Positions 41,004 to 51,662 of a stretch of DNA of 64,000 nucleotides are shown one piece after another. Numbering within the stretch: the stretch's first letter is position 1; each line of letters begins with the position of its first letter. The position numbers and the translations under genes were made by a program. This DNA is from Nannocystales bacterium (GTDB taxonomy: Bacteria; Myxococcota_A; Polyangia; Nannocystales; Nannocystaceae): positions 1 to 64,000 of the forward strand of contig JBOEGF010000001.1 in the NCBI GenBank assembly GCA_050633305.1, written 5' to 3'. Under the pieces are notes generated by a model, which saw only the letters and a program-made list of their open reading frames with translations, was not told where the DNA came from and searched no databases.

Positions 41004-43484
41004 CTAGTGGAGCCAGCGGCGGCCCTGCTCGTCGTCCTCGACCACGTTGCTGTCGGCGTCGTCCGAGCCGGAGCGATCCCGCTCTCGGAGGACAGCGGCG
41101 AGGATGAGGCCGAGCCCAGCAGCCCATAGCAACACCAGGAACGCCGTCAGGTACGGACTCGCGCCCATGCCGAGCAAGAACGGGTTGGCCGCGGCACGGG
41201 TCACTGCGACGTGGTTGACCTCCATGCCGTAGATGGCGCCTGCAGCGATGAGCTGAAGGATGACCACCGACGCGCCCATCATCAGAGAACGATGGCGCCC
41301 GTGGCGGCGGCGGCTGGTCCACAGCAACGTGGCGACGATCGTCTGCCCGATCATCAGACCGTGGGCGAGGGTCGCCCACATGACCTCGGACTGCTCGCTC
41401 GCGAGGCCGGTCCGCTCGAGGACCAGCTGATACGCGATGGCGAGGGCGCCCGCGGTCAGCATCACGAACAGCTGGAACCGCAAGAACCCGCGCCGTGCCT
41501 CGGAGACGCTCGCGACCGAAGAGGCCCGAGCGGGTCGGACGAGACTGGTGACGAGCAGCCAGCCGAGCACGGGTACGAGGAAGCCGACGGCGACGAAGGT
41601 GATGAGGTTGACGTCGTCGTAGGTCTGGACGTGGACGCGCTCGCTCAAGTCGAGGACGGCCAGGGCGCTGCAGCCGACCGAGGCCAGCGCCAGCAAGGCG
41701 CCTTCGAACGGACGGAACAAGGGTGCCCAGGGCTGCTCGACGCGGCGTCGCCAGCTCATCAGGCACATCAGGCCAAACAACGCCTGGATGACCAGCGCGT
41801 AGCCGGCGATCGTGGGGCCGAGGTCCGAGCTTCCACCGGTCGCAGCGTCGGCTGCGAATGGCATGCCCGACAGGCCGAGGCCCGAGGCGATCGTCAGGGG
41901 CAGCGGGCCGAGCAGGAACCCGGTCGCTGCCATGTCGCCCACGACCATCGTCGCGCCGACGAGGCCTGGTCCGAGCAAGCCCAGCGCCAGCAGTCCGCCG
42001 ACGACCATCGCGTTGACCCGCTGGCCGAGCGCATCGCCCAGGCCGATCGCGGTGAGGTGAGTTGCTGCGGCCAGGGTCAGCAGAGCACCGACGGGCATGA
42101 CGAGCGCGCCAGGTCCCACGGTGAGCAGCAGCATCGGCAGGGCGAAGGTCAGAAGGCCCGCGCCCGCGATGAGGGCGAATACGTTGGGCCCAACGGTCAT
42201 CGCAAGGGCTAGGTCACCCGCGCTCATCCCCGTCATACGAAGGACGGGCAGCGTGCCGGCTTCTCGCTCTCGCGCGGTGGTGGTCGCGGTGACGACGGGA
42301 CCGACCACGACCAGCATGATGCCGGAGAGGAGGAACAGAACCGTTCCGATGATCTGCCACTGCTGCGACCCCGACAACGGCGAGCGGTAGCGTTCGGTGG
42401 CCTTCGTGATGCGCCCCGTCGCGTAGGGGTCGGTCCAGGCGCCGTGCCATGACTCGTGCCCGGGCTGAAAGACCAGCTCCCGAAGTTCGTCTGCGTGCAC
42501 GACCGCGGCCGTGGCGAGCGTGTCGTCGACCGTGCGCAGACCGGAGGCCGCAGCGGCATGGTGCACGCTACTGCTCATCAGGTCGGCGCCCTGCTCGGCG
42601 TCAAAGAGGTCCCAGCCTTGAAGGGCGGAGGCCGGCGGTCGGACCGCGAGCCATGCGGCGAGTTCGAGGCCTTCTGAGAAACTCTCGGCATCGCCACCCT
42701 CGGGGAGAACGGAGGCGGTGAGTTCGGAGCGGCTGACCCGCTTGGCGGCTTCCTGTTCCCGCTGCTCGTTCTTGGGCACGTCCCGAGCCAGCAGCCGCTG
42801 GAGGTTGTCGCTGAGTTCGGCGAGCGTGACGCGCTCGAGTTCGAGCTGCTTGCGAAGCGCGGTCCGCATGTCGGGAGCGGCGCCGCCCTGACGCCACTTG
42901 TCGGACGCGGTGGTGCAGCCCAACCATCCGGTTTCGTCGAAGTCTGTGGTTTGGCACTCCTCCATGACCTGCAGCGGCCACAGGATTCGGGCGCGTCGGA
43001 TCTCGACGGACGCCACCTGCGCGGGACGGAGATCGACGACCGACTGGAGCAGCGCGACCTTCAAGGCGACGGTGTCTCCTTGGAGCACACCCGTGGACTT
43101 GGAGGACTTGGCCGCCTCGACCAGCGCCGTGGCTTCTTCGAGCCGATCCTGGGCGAGGTCCACACGCTCGACGAGCTCGCTCAGCACGGCGCGACGCATC
43201 ATCTGGGCGTGGGCAAACTCGCGGTCGACTTTGGCCTGCGCCCGATCGTCGTAGCTACACGACGGCTGGTCGACGTCTCCGCAGACGGCGAAGGGCGCCT
43301 CGAGCCCCAAGTCGACGCGAAGCTGGTGCGCTTCGGAGCTGTCGATACGTCCCAGCGCCGAGACGCCAAGCCACGTGAGGCCAAACAGGACCGAGACCGC
43401 CACGACCGCGCTGGTAAGGCGCGCGCGAAGGTCTCGACGAAGGAAAGGACGCAGTCGTTGCGTCAGCTGCAGTGGAAGGCGCAT
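41004..43484 (-). CDS. ABC-2-type permease-like multi-pass membrane protein with large extracytoplasmic domain
   Basis: Start at MRLPLQLT after AAGGAG; VGPVVTATTTAREREAGTLPVLRMTGMS motif; many TMs; resembles 27140-28999. Confidence 0.75.
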   Translation of the reverse strand: MRLPLQLTQRLRPFLRRDLRARLTSAVVAVSVLFGLTWLGVSALGRIDSSEAHQLRVDLGLEAPFAVCGDVDQPSCSYDDRAQAKVDREFAHAQMMRRAVLSELVERVDLAQDRLEEATALVEAAKSSKSTGVLQGDTVALKVALLQSVVDLRPAQVASVEIRRARILWPLQVMEECQTTDFDETGWLGCTTASDKWRQGGAAPDMRTALRKQLELERVTLAELSDNLQRLLARDVPKNEQREQEAAKRVSRSELTASVLPEGGDAESFSEGLELAAWLAVRPPASALQGWDLFDAEQGADLMSSSVHHAAAASGLRTVDDTLATAAVVHADELRELVFQPGHESWHGAWTDPYATGRITKATERYRSPLSGSQQWQIIGTVLFLLSGIMLVVVGPVVTATTTAREREAGTLPVLRMTGMSAGDLALAMTVGPNVFALIAGAGLLTFALPMLLLTVGPGALVMPVGALLTLAAATHLTAIGLGDALGQRVNAMVVGGLLALGLLGPGLVGATMVVGDMAATGFLLGPLPLTIASGLGLSGMPFAADAATGGSSDLGPTIAGYALVIQALFGLMCLMSWRRRVEQPWAPLFRPFEGALLALASVGCSALAVLDLSERVHVQTYDDVNLITFVAVGFLVPVLGWLLVTSLVRPARASSVASVSEARRGFLRFQLFVMLTAGALAIAYQLVLERTGLASEQSEVMWATLAHGLMIGQTIVATLLWTSRRRHGRHRSLMMGASVVILQLIAAGAIYGMEVNHVAVTRAAANPFLLGMGASPYLTAFLVLLWAAGLGLILAAVLRERDRSGSDDADSNVVEDDEQGRRWLH

Positions 43485-43831
43485 CACGCACTCCTTGTGG
43501 CGGTGGGAGAGGAAGCGGAGCCGGAACACCGGTCCACGGAAACAGGCACAGACACCAGGCCGGCGGACGATCCGCGGACAGGGCATACGACACCAGGCTC
43601 TTTGTATTGTTCCATAAAAGTAGGCCCGGTGCTGGGCGAATGGTCGCCCGAGTTGGTCCGCTTCTCGGCGAACCCGACGAACCCAACACAAGCTGGGGCG
43701 CCGCGAGCGTGACAACGGTCGAGCTCGCGTGAAGATTTCCCCCAGGGGAAAAAACTCCGTCGCACTGGGGACAACGCCGATTCGCAGCGCGGCATATCGC
43801 GCCGTCGCTCCCGCAGATAGACTCCTGCGCC

Positions 43832-45637
43832 ATGGAAGCGCTCACCCAGCTTGAGAGCCTCGACCTCGACTCCACCCGCCACGAAGCGGTGAAGCGTTGG
43901 CTGACCGAAGACCGCTTCGAAGCCGACCGAGCCGACCTGCAAGCGTTGGTGAGTGGGGCGTCGAGCGGTGACGCCGATGCTCGCGCCCGACTGCTCGATG
44001 CCTTCGATGGACCGCTGCCGATCGGGACCGGCGGACGTCGAGGCGAGGTTGGACCTGGGACGAACCGGATGAACGCGGCCGTCATGCGGGAGACGGCCGA
44101 AGGGCTCGCCAATGCGATGCGGGCCGAGGGGGTGCCAATGGAGGCGGCGGTCGTGTTTGACACCCGTCGAGACTCGAAGCTGTTTGCGCGGGCCGTCTCC
44201 GACCAACTCGCCGCCTGTGGCGTGAACGTGTTGCTCGTCAACGAGCCGCGGCCGACGCCGTTGCTGTCGCATATCGTGCGTGCACGTGGGTGCGGTGCCG
44301 GGGTTGTGATCTCTGCGAGCCACAACCCGCCTGGGGACAACGGCATCAAGATCTACGGACCGGATGGTGCGCAGGTTCTCGGCAAACGCGACAAGGCGCT
44401 GATGACGGCGATCATGGCGGCGATGGCTGCGCCGCTGACACCCATCGATGTGCCCGTCGGCCGGGTCACGGTGCTCGACGGAGATCGTGTGGCCGAAGTC
44501 GACGATCCGTATCTCGAATACGTGCGTGCCCAGGCGACGGTCGGAGACCTCTCCGATGCCGCACTTCGGGTCGTCTACTCACCGCTACACGGGGTGGGGG
44601 AATCGTCCGTGGTGCCCGTACTGGGGTCGATGGGCGTCGACGTCCACACCGTACTCGCCCAACAGCCCGACGGCGGGGAGTTCGGCACGGTGGCGTCGGC
44701 GAACCCCGAGTCGCCCGCCGCGTTGGATCTCGGCAAGGCACTGGCGGACGAGGTCGATGCTGATCTCGTGATCGCGAACGACCCGGATGCGGACCGCGTC
44801 GGGGCACTCGCGAAAGACGGCGGCGCCTGGACGTTCATCGACGGCAACAGGCTCGCGGTGATCATGCTCGACCACGTGTTGCGCCATGTGACCCCCACAC
44901 CCCGGAGTTGGGTCCTGACCACGCTTTGCACCTCGCCGCTCATCGGATCGCTGGCACGCGAGCGCGGTGTGGAAGCGGTCGATGACCTGCTCGTGGGCTT
45001 CAAGCACCACGCGGGCATGATGGAGGAGCAGCCGAGCAGGCACTTGGAGTTCGCGACCGAAGAAGCCCACGGCTATCTGCGCGGGGACGACGTGCACGAC
45101 AAGGATGGCGCTGTCGCTTCGGTGATGCTGGCGGAGGCCGAAGCGGTCGCGAAGCGAAAAGGGCAAACCGTCTTCGATCAGCTTCGCGAGGTGTGGTCGC
45201 GGTTGGGCTATCACAAGGAGACGACTGCCAACATCTACGCGCTGGGTGCGGTGGGGCGTGAGGCGATCGCCGGGCTCGTGGCGGCGTGGCGCAAGGACCC
45301 TCCGACGCAGTTCGGTGGACTGGCGGTGACGTCCGTCGAGGACCGGACCCACGCACGCGGAACCGGCAGCGTGACCCGAGACTTGCTCGGCAACGTTTTG
45401 GTGTTCGAACTCGCGGCACAGGGGGCTGCGGCATGTCGGCTGGTCGTCCGGCCCAGCGGGACGGAGCCCAAGGCCAAGCTCTACGCGTTGGCGCGCAGCA
45501 CCGAGCCGACGCCCATCGGCGCGCTCGAGGCCGTGCAAACCGAGATCGACGCCATCGTCCAGGCCGTCTTGGTGGATGCGCAGGCTCGGGCGGAGACGAT
45601 CATGAAGCCGATTCTCGAAGGCAACGCTGCGGGGTGA
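43832..45637 (+). CDS. Phosphoglucomutase/phosphomannomutase family
   Basis: GTGGRRG, ISASHNP (phospho-Ser), DPDADR, EEAHGY, DKDG, RPSGTEPK. Confidence 0.95.
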   Translation: MEALTQLESLDLDSTRHEAVKRWLTEDRFEADRADLQALVSGASSGDADARARLLDAFDGPLPIGTGGRRGEVGPGTNRMNAAVMRETAEGLANAMRAEGVPMEAAVVFDTRRDSKLFARAVSDQLAACGVNVLLVNEPRPTPLLSHIVRARGCGAGVVISASHNPPGDNGIKIYGPDGAQVLGKRDKALMTAIMAAMAAPLTPIDVPVGRVTVLDGDRVAEVDDPYLEYVRAQATVGDLSDAALRVVYSPLHGVGESSVVPVLGSMGVDVHTVLAQQPDGGEFGTVASANPESPAALDLGKALADEVDADLVIANDPDADRVGALAKDGGAWTFIDGNRLAVIMLDHVLRHVTPTPRSWVLTTLCTSPLIGSLARERGVEAVDDLLVGFKHHAGMMEEQPSRHLEFATEEAHGYLRGDDVHDKDGAVASVMLAEAEAVAKRKGQTVFDQLREVWSRLGYHKETTANIYALGAVGREAIAGLVAAWRKDPPTQFGGLAVTSVEDRTHARGTGSVTRDLLGNVLVFELAAQGAAACRLVVRPSGTEPKAKLYALARSTEPTPIGALEAVQTEIDAIVQAVLVDAQARAETIMKPILEGNAAG

Positions 45638-46965
45638 GCCGGCGCGCATGGCTGGGGCTGCTCGCCACCGCGGCGCTCCTCGGGGTCGCCTTGTGGACAC
45701 TCCGCCCTACGATCCGTGGCGGGTCCACCGGCTTCTCGTTGGCGGATGATGACGCGGGCGAGGGCAGTCTGGGGTCCCGCGGCGGCGGTGGGGTGCGTGC
45801 GGCGGAGGTCGACCTCGATGCGTCCCATGTCGTGCGGGGGGAGGTTGTCGATGCCGATGGTCGACCGCTGACAGAAGGAGCCCTGTTGCTGCGTTGTCTG
45901 CAGGGGGACGCCGTGCGGGTGCTCGGAACCGTCAAGGTCGATGAGGAAGGGCAGTTTGAAGGCCCTGGCTGCCGAGGACAGGTCTGCGCGACGCTGCAGC
46001 ACGCCTCGCAGTCGCCGGCCGAACCTTGGGTTTTACGTCCTGGAAGTCGATCCGTGTTGCGGACCGAGGGGCTCGAGCGGTTGTGGGGGGAGGTCGTGAC
46101 ACCCACTGGAGACTCGGTCGAGGCCGCGCGGATCGTGTTCTTGCCCGCCGGACCGGCGGACGAACGCGACCCGCTGGCGCTGTTGCCGTTGGTCACACGC
46201 AGCACGACGAGCGACGCGGATGGGCGGTTCAGCGTCGCCTGGATTCAGCGCGCTCCGTGTGGGCCGTGCGAGGAGGCCACGGGCGGCTGTGCCGAGCTCC
46301 CGGACTTCGTCGAGGGCCTGGAGGTTCTTGCCACAGCGCCCGGGTTCGCGGCTGGCCGGGCCGCGTTCGACCGGGACAGCGTGAGCGACCCGGATGCACC
46401 GCTGCGCGTCGTCCTCACGAAGGCGGAGGATCTCCTCACCGGACAACTCCTCGACAGTCAGGGGAACGCGTACGCGCGGGCGTATGTCCTGGCCCAATCC
46501 GTGGATCGGCCTCGTGAGCAACGACGGGCGGAGGTCGATGCGGAGGGCAACTTCGAGATGGACGGGCTTGGGCCTGGCTCCCATCGAGTACGGGCGCTCC
46601 AAGACGGCGTCGAGTTGGCGACCGGCGAGGCTGACGCGGGGGCAGATGTGGAGCTCGCAGGTACGGTCGAGGCTCGGGGGCCGGACCTCGAAGTCTCCGT
46701 TCTCCTTGAAAATGGGCGGTTCGCGGTCGGCGCGACCGTGGATGGGGGGCCATTTCATGGAGAGAAGACCGACATGAAGGGCAAGGTGCGTGCGGAGTCT
46801 GTCTTGCCCGGCACGATGGCCCTGCGGGTGCGACAGGGCGGGCGCAGCCAGCGTACGCGCGTGGAGATCCCGGGCGCGGACGAGGCCGGGACTGCACACC
46901 CGCATCGCGTGGAGATTCGTCTTGGAGAAGAGCCGGCGCACCCGGGGCCGCGGCCCGGGCTATGA
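45634..46965 (+). CDS. Membrane-anchored protein with carboxypeptidase-regulatory-like repeats
   Basis: GTG overlaps the upstream stop; N-terminal TM; repeated VRGEVVDADGRP / SDADGRF / GNFEMDGLGPG. Confidence 0.75.
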   Translation: MSRRAWLGLLATAALLGVALWTLRPTIRGGSTGFSLADDDAGEGSLGSRGGGGVRAAEVDLDASHVVRGEVVDADGRPLTEGALLLRCLQGDAVRVLGTVKVDEEGQFEGPGCRGQVCATLQHASQSPAEPWVLRPGSRSVLRTEGLERLWGEVVTPTGDSVEAARIVFLPAGPADERDPLALLPLVTRSTTSDADGRFSVAWIQRAPCGPCEEATGGCAELPDFVEGLEVLATAPGFAAGRAAFDRDSVSDPDAPLRVVLTKAEDLLTGQLLDSQGNAYARAYVLAQSVDRPREQRRAEVDAEGNFEMDGLGPGSHRVRALQDGVELATGEADAGADVELAGTVEARGPDLEVSVLLENGRFAVGATVDGGPFHGEKTDMKGKVRAESVLPGTMALRVRQGGRSQRTRVEIPGADEAGTAHPHRVEIRLGEEPAHPGPRPGL

Positions 46966-46975
46966 TGCGGCTCGC

Positions 46976-49900
46976 GTGCCGAGCAGTTCACCCCACGCTG
47001 CCGACGAGACCGTGTCGGACCGATTGGGTCGCGTTGATCTCCCCGAAGGCTACCCAGAGGTCTTCGGCAAGTACGTTCTCGTGCGGCCGATGGCACGAGG
47101 CGGAATGGGAGAGCTTTTCATCGCCGCCTCTGGTGAGACCGGTGGGTTCGAGAAGCTCTGCGTCGTCAAGAAGGTGCTCCATAGCCTCGAGGACGGCGCG
47201 GTCCACCGACGGTTCTTGGATGAGGCCAAGGTCGTGGTGCGGCTCAACCACGCCAACCTCGTGCAGGTGTTCGACGCCGGCAAAGTCAACGAGGAGTACT
47301 ACCTCGCGATGGAGCTGGTGGAGGGCAAGGACCTTCGTGCGGTCTGGAACCGTTGCGCCCAGCTCCACCGTCGCATCCCGGTCGACATCGCGATCTTCGT
47401 CGTCCGCGAGGTGCTTCGCGGTCTGCACTATGTGCACGACGCGATGGGGCTCGATCTCGTTCACCGCGACATCTCCCCGCCCAACGTCTTGGTTGGCTAC
47501 CGCGGCGACGTCAAGCTCACCGACTTCGGGCTCGCCAAGAGCTCGATCAAACGGGAGATGACAAGCCCCGGGGTTGTCTTCGGCCGCTACAGCTATCTCT
47601 CGCCGGAACAGGCCAAGGGCCTCCCCGCAGATCGCCGGACCGACATCTATGCCTGCGCCATCGTGCTGTGGGAGCTGCTGACCGGGCGGCAGTTGTTCCC
47701 GTCCGGGGGCCGCTCGCACACGGAGGCGTTGGACGCGGTTCGCAATCCCAAAGCGGAAGCCCCGTCGTCCTTGGTGCCCGGCATCCCCGACGGGCTCGAC
47801 GAGATTGTGCTTCGCGGTCTGACGCGCGACCGCGAGGACCGCTACCAAGCCGCTGGCGATTTCCGAGCCGCGCTGTCGGACATTCTCGCGAAGAACTTCC
47901 CGGCCGCGGATGCAGACCGCGTGGCCGAGTTCATGCGCGACATCTTTGCCCGCGAGGCGAAGATGGAGCAGCGGGACTACCTCGAGCTGTCGTCCCATGA
48001 CTTCTCCGATCTTCGCGCGCAGGGCGAGGAGAGTGAGCTGATCAGCATCAGCGACGTGGTCGCGAGCCTGCACCAAAAGCCGCGCTCCACCATGGAACTC
48101 GGCGAATCGGACATCGTTGAACTCGAGGGGCGGGGTGGTCGTCGCTGGGACGAACGACCCGATGCGGCGTCCCTGGCCGAGGCTGCGGGGACATGGGTCG
48201 GCCGTGTCATTTCGCAGCGCTATCGCGTCGAGTCTCTGATCGGCGTCGGCGGCATGGGAGCGGTCTTCCGGGTCAAACACCTCGTGTTGGGCAAGACCTT
48301 CGCGCTCAAGGTGTTGCACAGCCACTACACGCGGGATGCCGACGTCATCACCCGCTTCATGCGGGAGGCCCGAGCTGCGTCGCAGACCGGCCACCCACAC
48401 ATCATCGACGTGCTCGATGTCGGCACCAACGACGAAGGCGACGTCTACTTCGTGATGGAGCTGCTCGAGGGGCAAAACCTCGGGGAAGCGATCAAGCGCG
48501 AGGGGCCGTTGGCCGTCCGCCGAGCGGTGCACATCGCTCGTCAGGTGTGCCAGGCGCTCTCTGCCGCCCACGCGGCGGGCATCATCCACCGCGACCTCAA
48601 GTCCGAGAACATCATCCTCACCCCCCGGGGCAAGGATCCGGACTTCGTGAAGGTGCTCGACTTCGGCATCTGCAAACAGATGGACGGGGAGTCGGAGACG
48701 ACCTCTCCGGGGCTCATCATGGGTTCGCCCGACTACATGGCCCCCGAGCAAGGGGCGGGACTCGATGCGACCATTGCCAGCGACATCTATGCGCTAGGGT
48801 GCATTCTGTTCGAGATGTTGACCGGCCGGATGCCGTTCCAGGGGCGGAACGCGGTCGATGTGCTCATGCAAAAGGGCGCTCGGGAGGCCGACACGGTCAC
48901 CGTGTATCGACCCGAGGTCCCCAACCCGGTCGCCTCGGCGATCGGGCGCTGCCTCAAGCGCCAACCCGGCGATCGACCTCCTTCGATGCGTTCGCTCGAG
49001 TACGAGTTGACGCGCGCCATTGACGGGCGTGCTTCGGCGGTCGCGAACGTTCTGGGGATGGAGGCGAGTGATGAGCGTCCCGACGATGCTGGCGCGAGCC
49101 TGAGCATGAACCGGGCTGCAATCGCGACCATGGGCGAGGGCGTCTACGGACGCGACTACGAGCAACAGGACTTCACGCAGATCGCTCCCCCGCCTCGCGA
49201 CCCGGCTGCGCTGACGAACTCACAACCCGTGGTGCCTCCGCCGGGCACCCCCCAGGCTGCGCTTTCGGCCAGCTCTGATCCCGTTGAGGTGGCCCCTGCG
49301 GAGTCGCGCTCCCCGGTTCGTGGCATCTTGCTCGTCGCGCTCGGAGGAGCGTTGGCGTTGGGTGTGCTCGCGGTTGCGATGCCCGGTGGGCTGGGACGGC
49401 TCTTCGGGGACGGATCCGGCGACCGGAAGGGAGATGACCGTGGCACGCAGGAACCCACGGCATCGAAGAAAGCAGACCCGGCCGTGGTGCCAGCTCCGAC
49501 CCCACCGCAGCGGCCCGCCGCCGTTGCGCCCGCCAAGACCGACGTCGGCACCGCCGGAGGGCAGGCCGAAGACACGGCGGCGGCACAACCCGGTGGCGAA
49601 GAGGTGCCGCCCGGTGAGCCGAGCGACGTCCCCGCGGAGGTCCCCGCAGGAGAGCCTCCTGTGGCGCCGGCTGCCCCGGTCGCGGACGATGACGACGAGG
49701 ACCCGCAGGCTATTGTTGCGCTGGCCGAGGCGGCGCTCGAGGCCCAGCGCTGGACGACGCCCTCGAAAGACAGCCTCGCCTCCCACCTGTCCCGCCTCCA
49801 ACTCCTCGCGCCCGGGGACGAGTCCCTCGCGCGGCTTAGGAAGGCGGCGGCCGAGACCCTGCTTCCCGAGGGAGACAAAGCGCTCAAGAAGAAGCGCTGG

Positions 49901-50233
49901 GCGGATGCGGTTGTCGCCTACCGCAACCTTCGCTCGATCTGGCCAGACCACGCGGAGGCTCGCGAGGGCCTGCTCCAGGCGTTGGCCGGCCAGGCTCGGG
50001 TGTTGCGAAAGCTCGACGACCACGAAGGCGGTTTGGCCTCGGCGGACGAGTGGCTCAACGTGCAGCCCAACAGCTTCGATGCCTTGATGCTTCGCGGCGA
50101 CATGCTCTACGCGCTATCGCGGTGGGCCGAGGCGAAGGAAGCCTATCGTCTGGCCCGGAAAGAGAAGCCGCGCTCGAAGGCCGCCAAGGAGAAGTTCTTC
50201 AAGGCGTCCCGGCGAGCGCGTAAGGCCAAGTAG
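46976..50233 (+). CDS. Ser/Thr protein kinase with two tandem kinase domains, TM and C-terminal TPR
   Basis: Domain 1: RGGMG, VVKK, HRDISPPN, DFG, YLSPE. Domain 2: GVGGMG, ALK, HRDLKSEN, DFG, YMAPE. TM ILLVALGGALALGVLAV; TPR-like tail. Confidence 0.92.
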   Translation: MPSSSPHAADETVSDRLGRVDLPEGYPEVFGKYVLVRPMARGGMGELFIAASGETGGFEKLCVVKKVLHSLEDGAVHRRFLDEAKVVVRLNHANLVQVFDAGKVNEEYYLAMELVEGKDLRAVWNRCAQLHRRIPVDIAIFVVREVLRGLHYVHDAMGLDLVHRDISPPNVLVGYRGDVKLTDFGLAKSSIKREMTSPGVVFGRYSYLSPEQAKGLPADRRTDIYACAIVLWELLTGRQLFPSGGRSHTEALDAVRNPKAEAPSSLVPGIPDGLDEIVLRGLTRDREDRYQAAGDFRAALSDILAKNFPAADADRVAEFMRDIFAREAKMEQRDYLELSSHDFSDLRAQGEESELISISDVVASLHQKPRSTMELGESDIVELEGRGGRRWDERPDAASLAEAAGTWVGRVISQRYRVESLIGVGGMGAVFRVKHLVLGKTFALKVLHSHYTRDADVITRFMREARAASQTGHPHIIDVLDVGTNDEGDVYFVMELLEGQNLGEAIKREGPLAVRRAVHIARQVCQALSAAHAAGIIHRDLKSENIILTPRGKDPDFVKVLDFGICKQMDGESETTSPGLIMGSPDYMAPEQGAGLDATIASDIYALGCILFEMLTGRMPFQGRNAVDVLMQKGAREADTVTVYRPEVPNPVASAIGRCLKRQPGDRPPSMRSLEYELTRAIDGRASAVANVLGMEASDERPDDAGASLSMNRAAIATMGEGVYGRDYEQQDFTQIAPPPRDPAALTNSQPVVPPPGTPQAALSASSDPVEVAPAESRSPVRGILLVALGGALALGVLAVAMPGGLGRLFGDGSGDRKGDDRGTQEPTASKKADPAVVPAPTPPQRPAAVAPAKTDVGTAGGQAEDTAAAQPGGEEVPPGEPSDVPAEVPAGEPPVAPAAPVADDDDEDPQAIVALAEAALEAQRWTTPSKDSLASHLSRLQLLAPGDESLARLRKAAAETLLPEGDKALKKKRWADAVVAYRNLRSIWPDHAEAREGLLQALAGQARVLRKLDDHEGGLASADEWLNVQPNSFDALMLRGDMLYALSRWAEAKEAYRLARKEKPRSKAAKEKFFKASRRARKAK

Positions 50234-50255
50234 CCTTGAGGGTCGGCTCGTCGCT

Positions 50256-51662
50256 CTAGCCGCCCCGGAAGAACAGGAGACTCACCAGCAAGAAGCACGG
50301 CATGAGGACGAGGCCGGACCACTTCATGTAGCCGAAGAAGCTGGGCATCTCGATCTTCTGCTCCTCTGCGATCGCCTTGACCATGAAGTTGGGGCCGTTG
50401 CCGATGTACGTGTTTGCGCCCATGAACACCGCACCCACCGAGATCGCCTGCAGGACGATGACCGGAATGCGGATGACATCGCTGACCAACTCGCCACTAA
50501 GCTGGCCGTGTTCCACCATGCCTTTGGCGGTCTCGAAGAACACGACGTAGGTCGGGGCGTTGTCGAGCACGCTCGACAGCAGGCCCGTGATCCAGAAGAA
50601 CTTCGCCGGGGTGTCGACGCCAAGCTCTCCGCCGCGGGCCGAGAGCAGCATCTGCGCCGGAATCATCGTGAGGAAGATGCCGATGAACAGGGCCGCGACC
50701 TCGAGGATCGGGAACCACGAGAACCGGTTCTTCTCTCGAATGTCGGCCTTGGTCATGAACTTTGATGCGACAGCGCAGCCGATCATGGCGGCTTCCCGGA
50801 GGAACAGCCCGTACTCCGGCTTGATCAGCGCGACGCACAAGACGATGCCGAGCAGCCAGACCACATTGGAGGTGCCCTCGATGCTCAGGGGTTCGACGGT
50901 GTTCGCGTCAAAGGCCTTGACCTTGTCGCTCTCCCGTTTCCAGAAGTGGCGGTCCAGCAGATAGAACGAGGTCAGGAGGATGACGCAGACCACCGCCATC
51001 TCTCGCCACAGGTTGAGCGTCCACAGGAAGGGGACCCCGCGCAGGTAGCCGAGGAACAGCGGCGGGTCGCCGATCGGGAGCAGGGAGCCACCGATGTTGG
51101 AGACCAGGAAGATGAAGAAAATGACGATGTGAACTTTGTAGCGGCGCTCGTGGTTGGTACGCAGCAGCGGCCGGATCAACAGCATCGAAGCACCGGTCGT
51201 TCCGATGATCGAGGCGATCGATGTGCCGAACAGCAGGAACTTGAAGTTGGTCCCTGGCGTCGCCCGGAGATCGCCTTTGAGCAAGATGCCGCCCGAGACG
51301 TAGAAGAGCGTCCCCAGCAGGACGATGAAGCTGACGTACTCCTCGATGACGTGCCACAGCGCTGTGTAGTTGTGGCTGATGAACGTCACCCAGATGAGCG
51401 GGTAGGCGGCGAGCACCGCCCCGACCTTCAGCTTGTTCTCGTTCTTGTGCCACCAGTGCTCCAGCCGGGTCAGCGGAAGCACCGCGATCGACAACAGCAT
51501 GATCACGAAGAACGAGAGCATCCACAGCGGTGGGAGCTCTCCGCCGCCTCCGCCCGACGCGAGTGCCGGCGCCGGCGCGAGGCCTGCGGTGAGAGCCAGC
51601 GCGGGGGCCAGGAGCCGACGAGTGAAGTTCGGTCGATGGGCAAGCGACGAGCGGCTGAGCAT
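50256..51662 (-). CDS. Ion-transporter superfamily membrane protein (putative Na+:H+ antiporter, CitMHS_2-like)
   Basis: Start at MLSRSS after GGAGG; IGTTGASMLLIRP, SNIGG..IGDPPLFLG, LDNAPTY, GANTYIGNGPNFM. Confidence 0.85.
   Translation of the reverse strand: MLSRSSLAHRPNFTRRLLAPALALTAGLAPAPALASGGGGGELPPLWMLSFFVIMLLSIAVLPLTRLEHWWHKNENKLKVGAVLAAYPLIWVTFISHNYTALWHVIEEYVSFIVLLGTLFYVSGGILLKGDLRATPGTNFKFLLFGTSIASIIGTTGASMLLIRPLLRTNHERRYKVHIVIFFIFLVSNIGGSLLPIGDPPLFLGYLRGVPFLWTLNLWREMAVVCVILLTSFYLLDRHFWKRESDKVKAFDANTVEPLSIEGTSNVVWLLGIVLCVALIKPEYGLFLREAAMIGCAVASKFMTKADIREKNRFSWFPILEVAALFIGIFLTMIPAQMLLSARGGELGVDTPAKFFWITGLLSSVLDNAPTYVVFFETAKGMVEHGQLSGELVSDVIRIPVIVLQAISVGAVFMGANTYIGNGPNFMVKAIAEEQKIEMPSFFGYMKWSGLVLMPCFLLVSLLFFRGG

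Noticed and set aside
43490..43830. ncRNA or sigma-54 promoter in the divergent intergenic region
   Set aside because: AT-rich patches are present, but no convincing consensus or structure is identifiable by eye.
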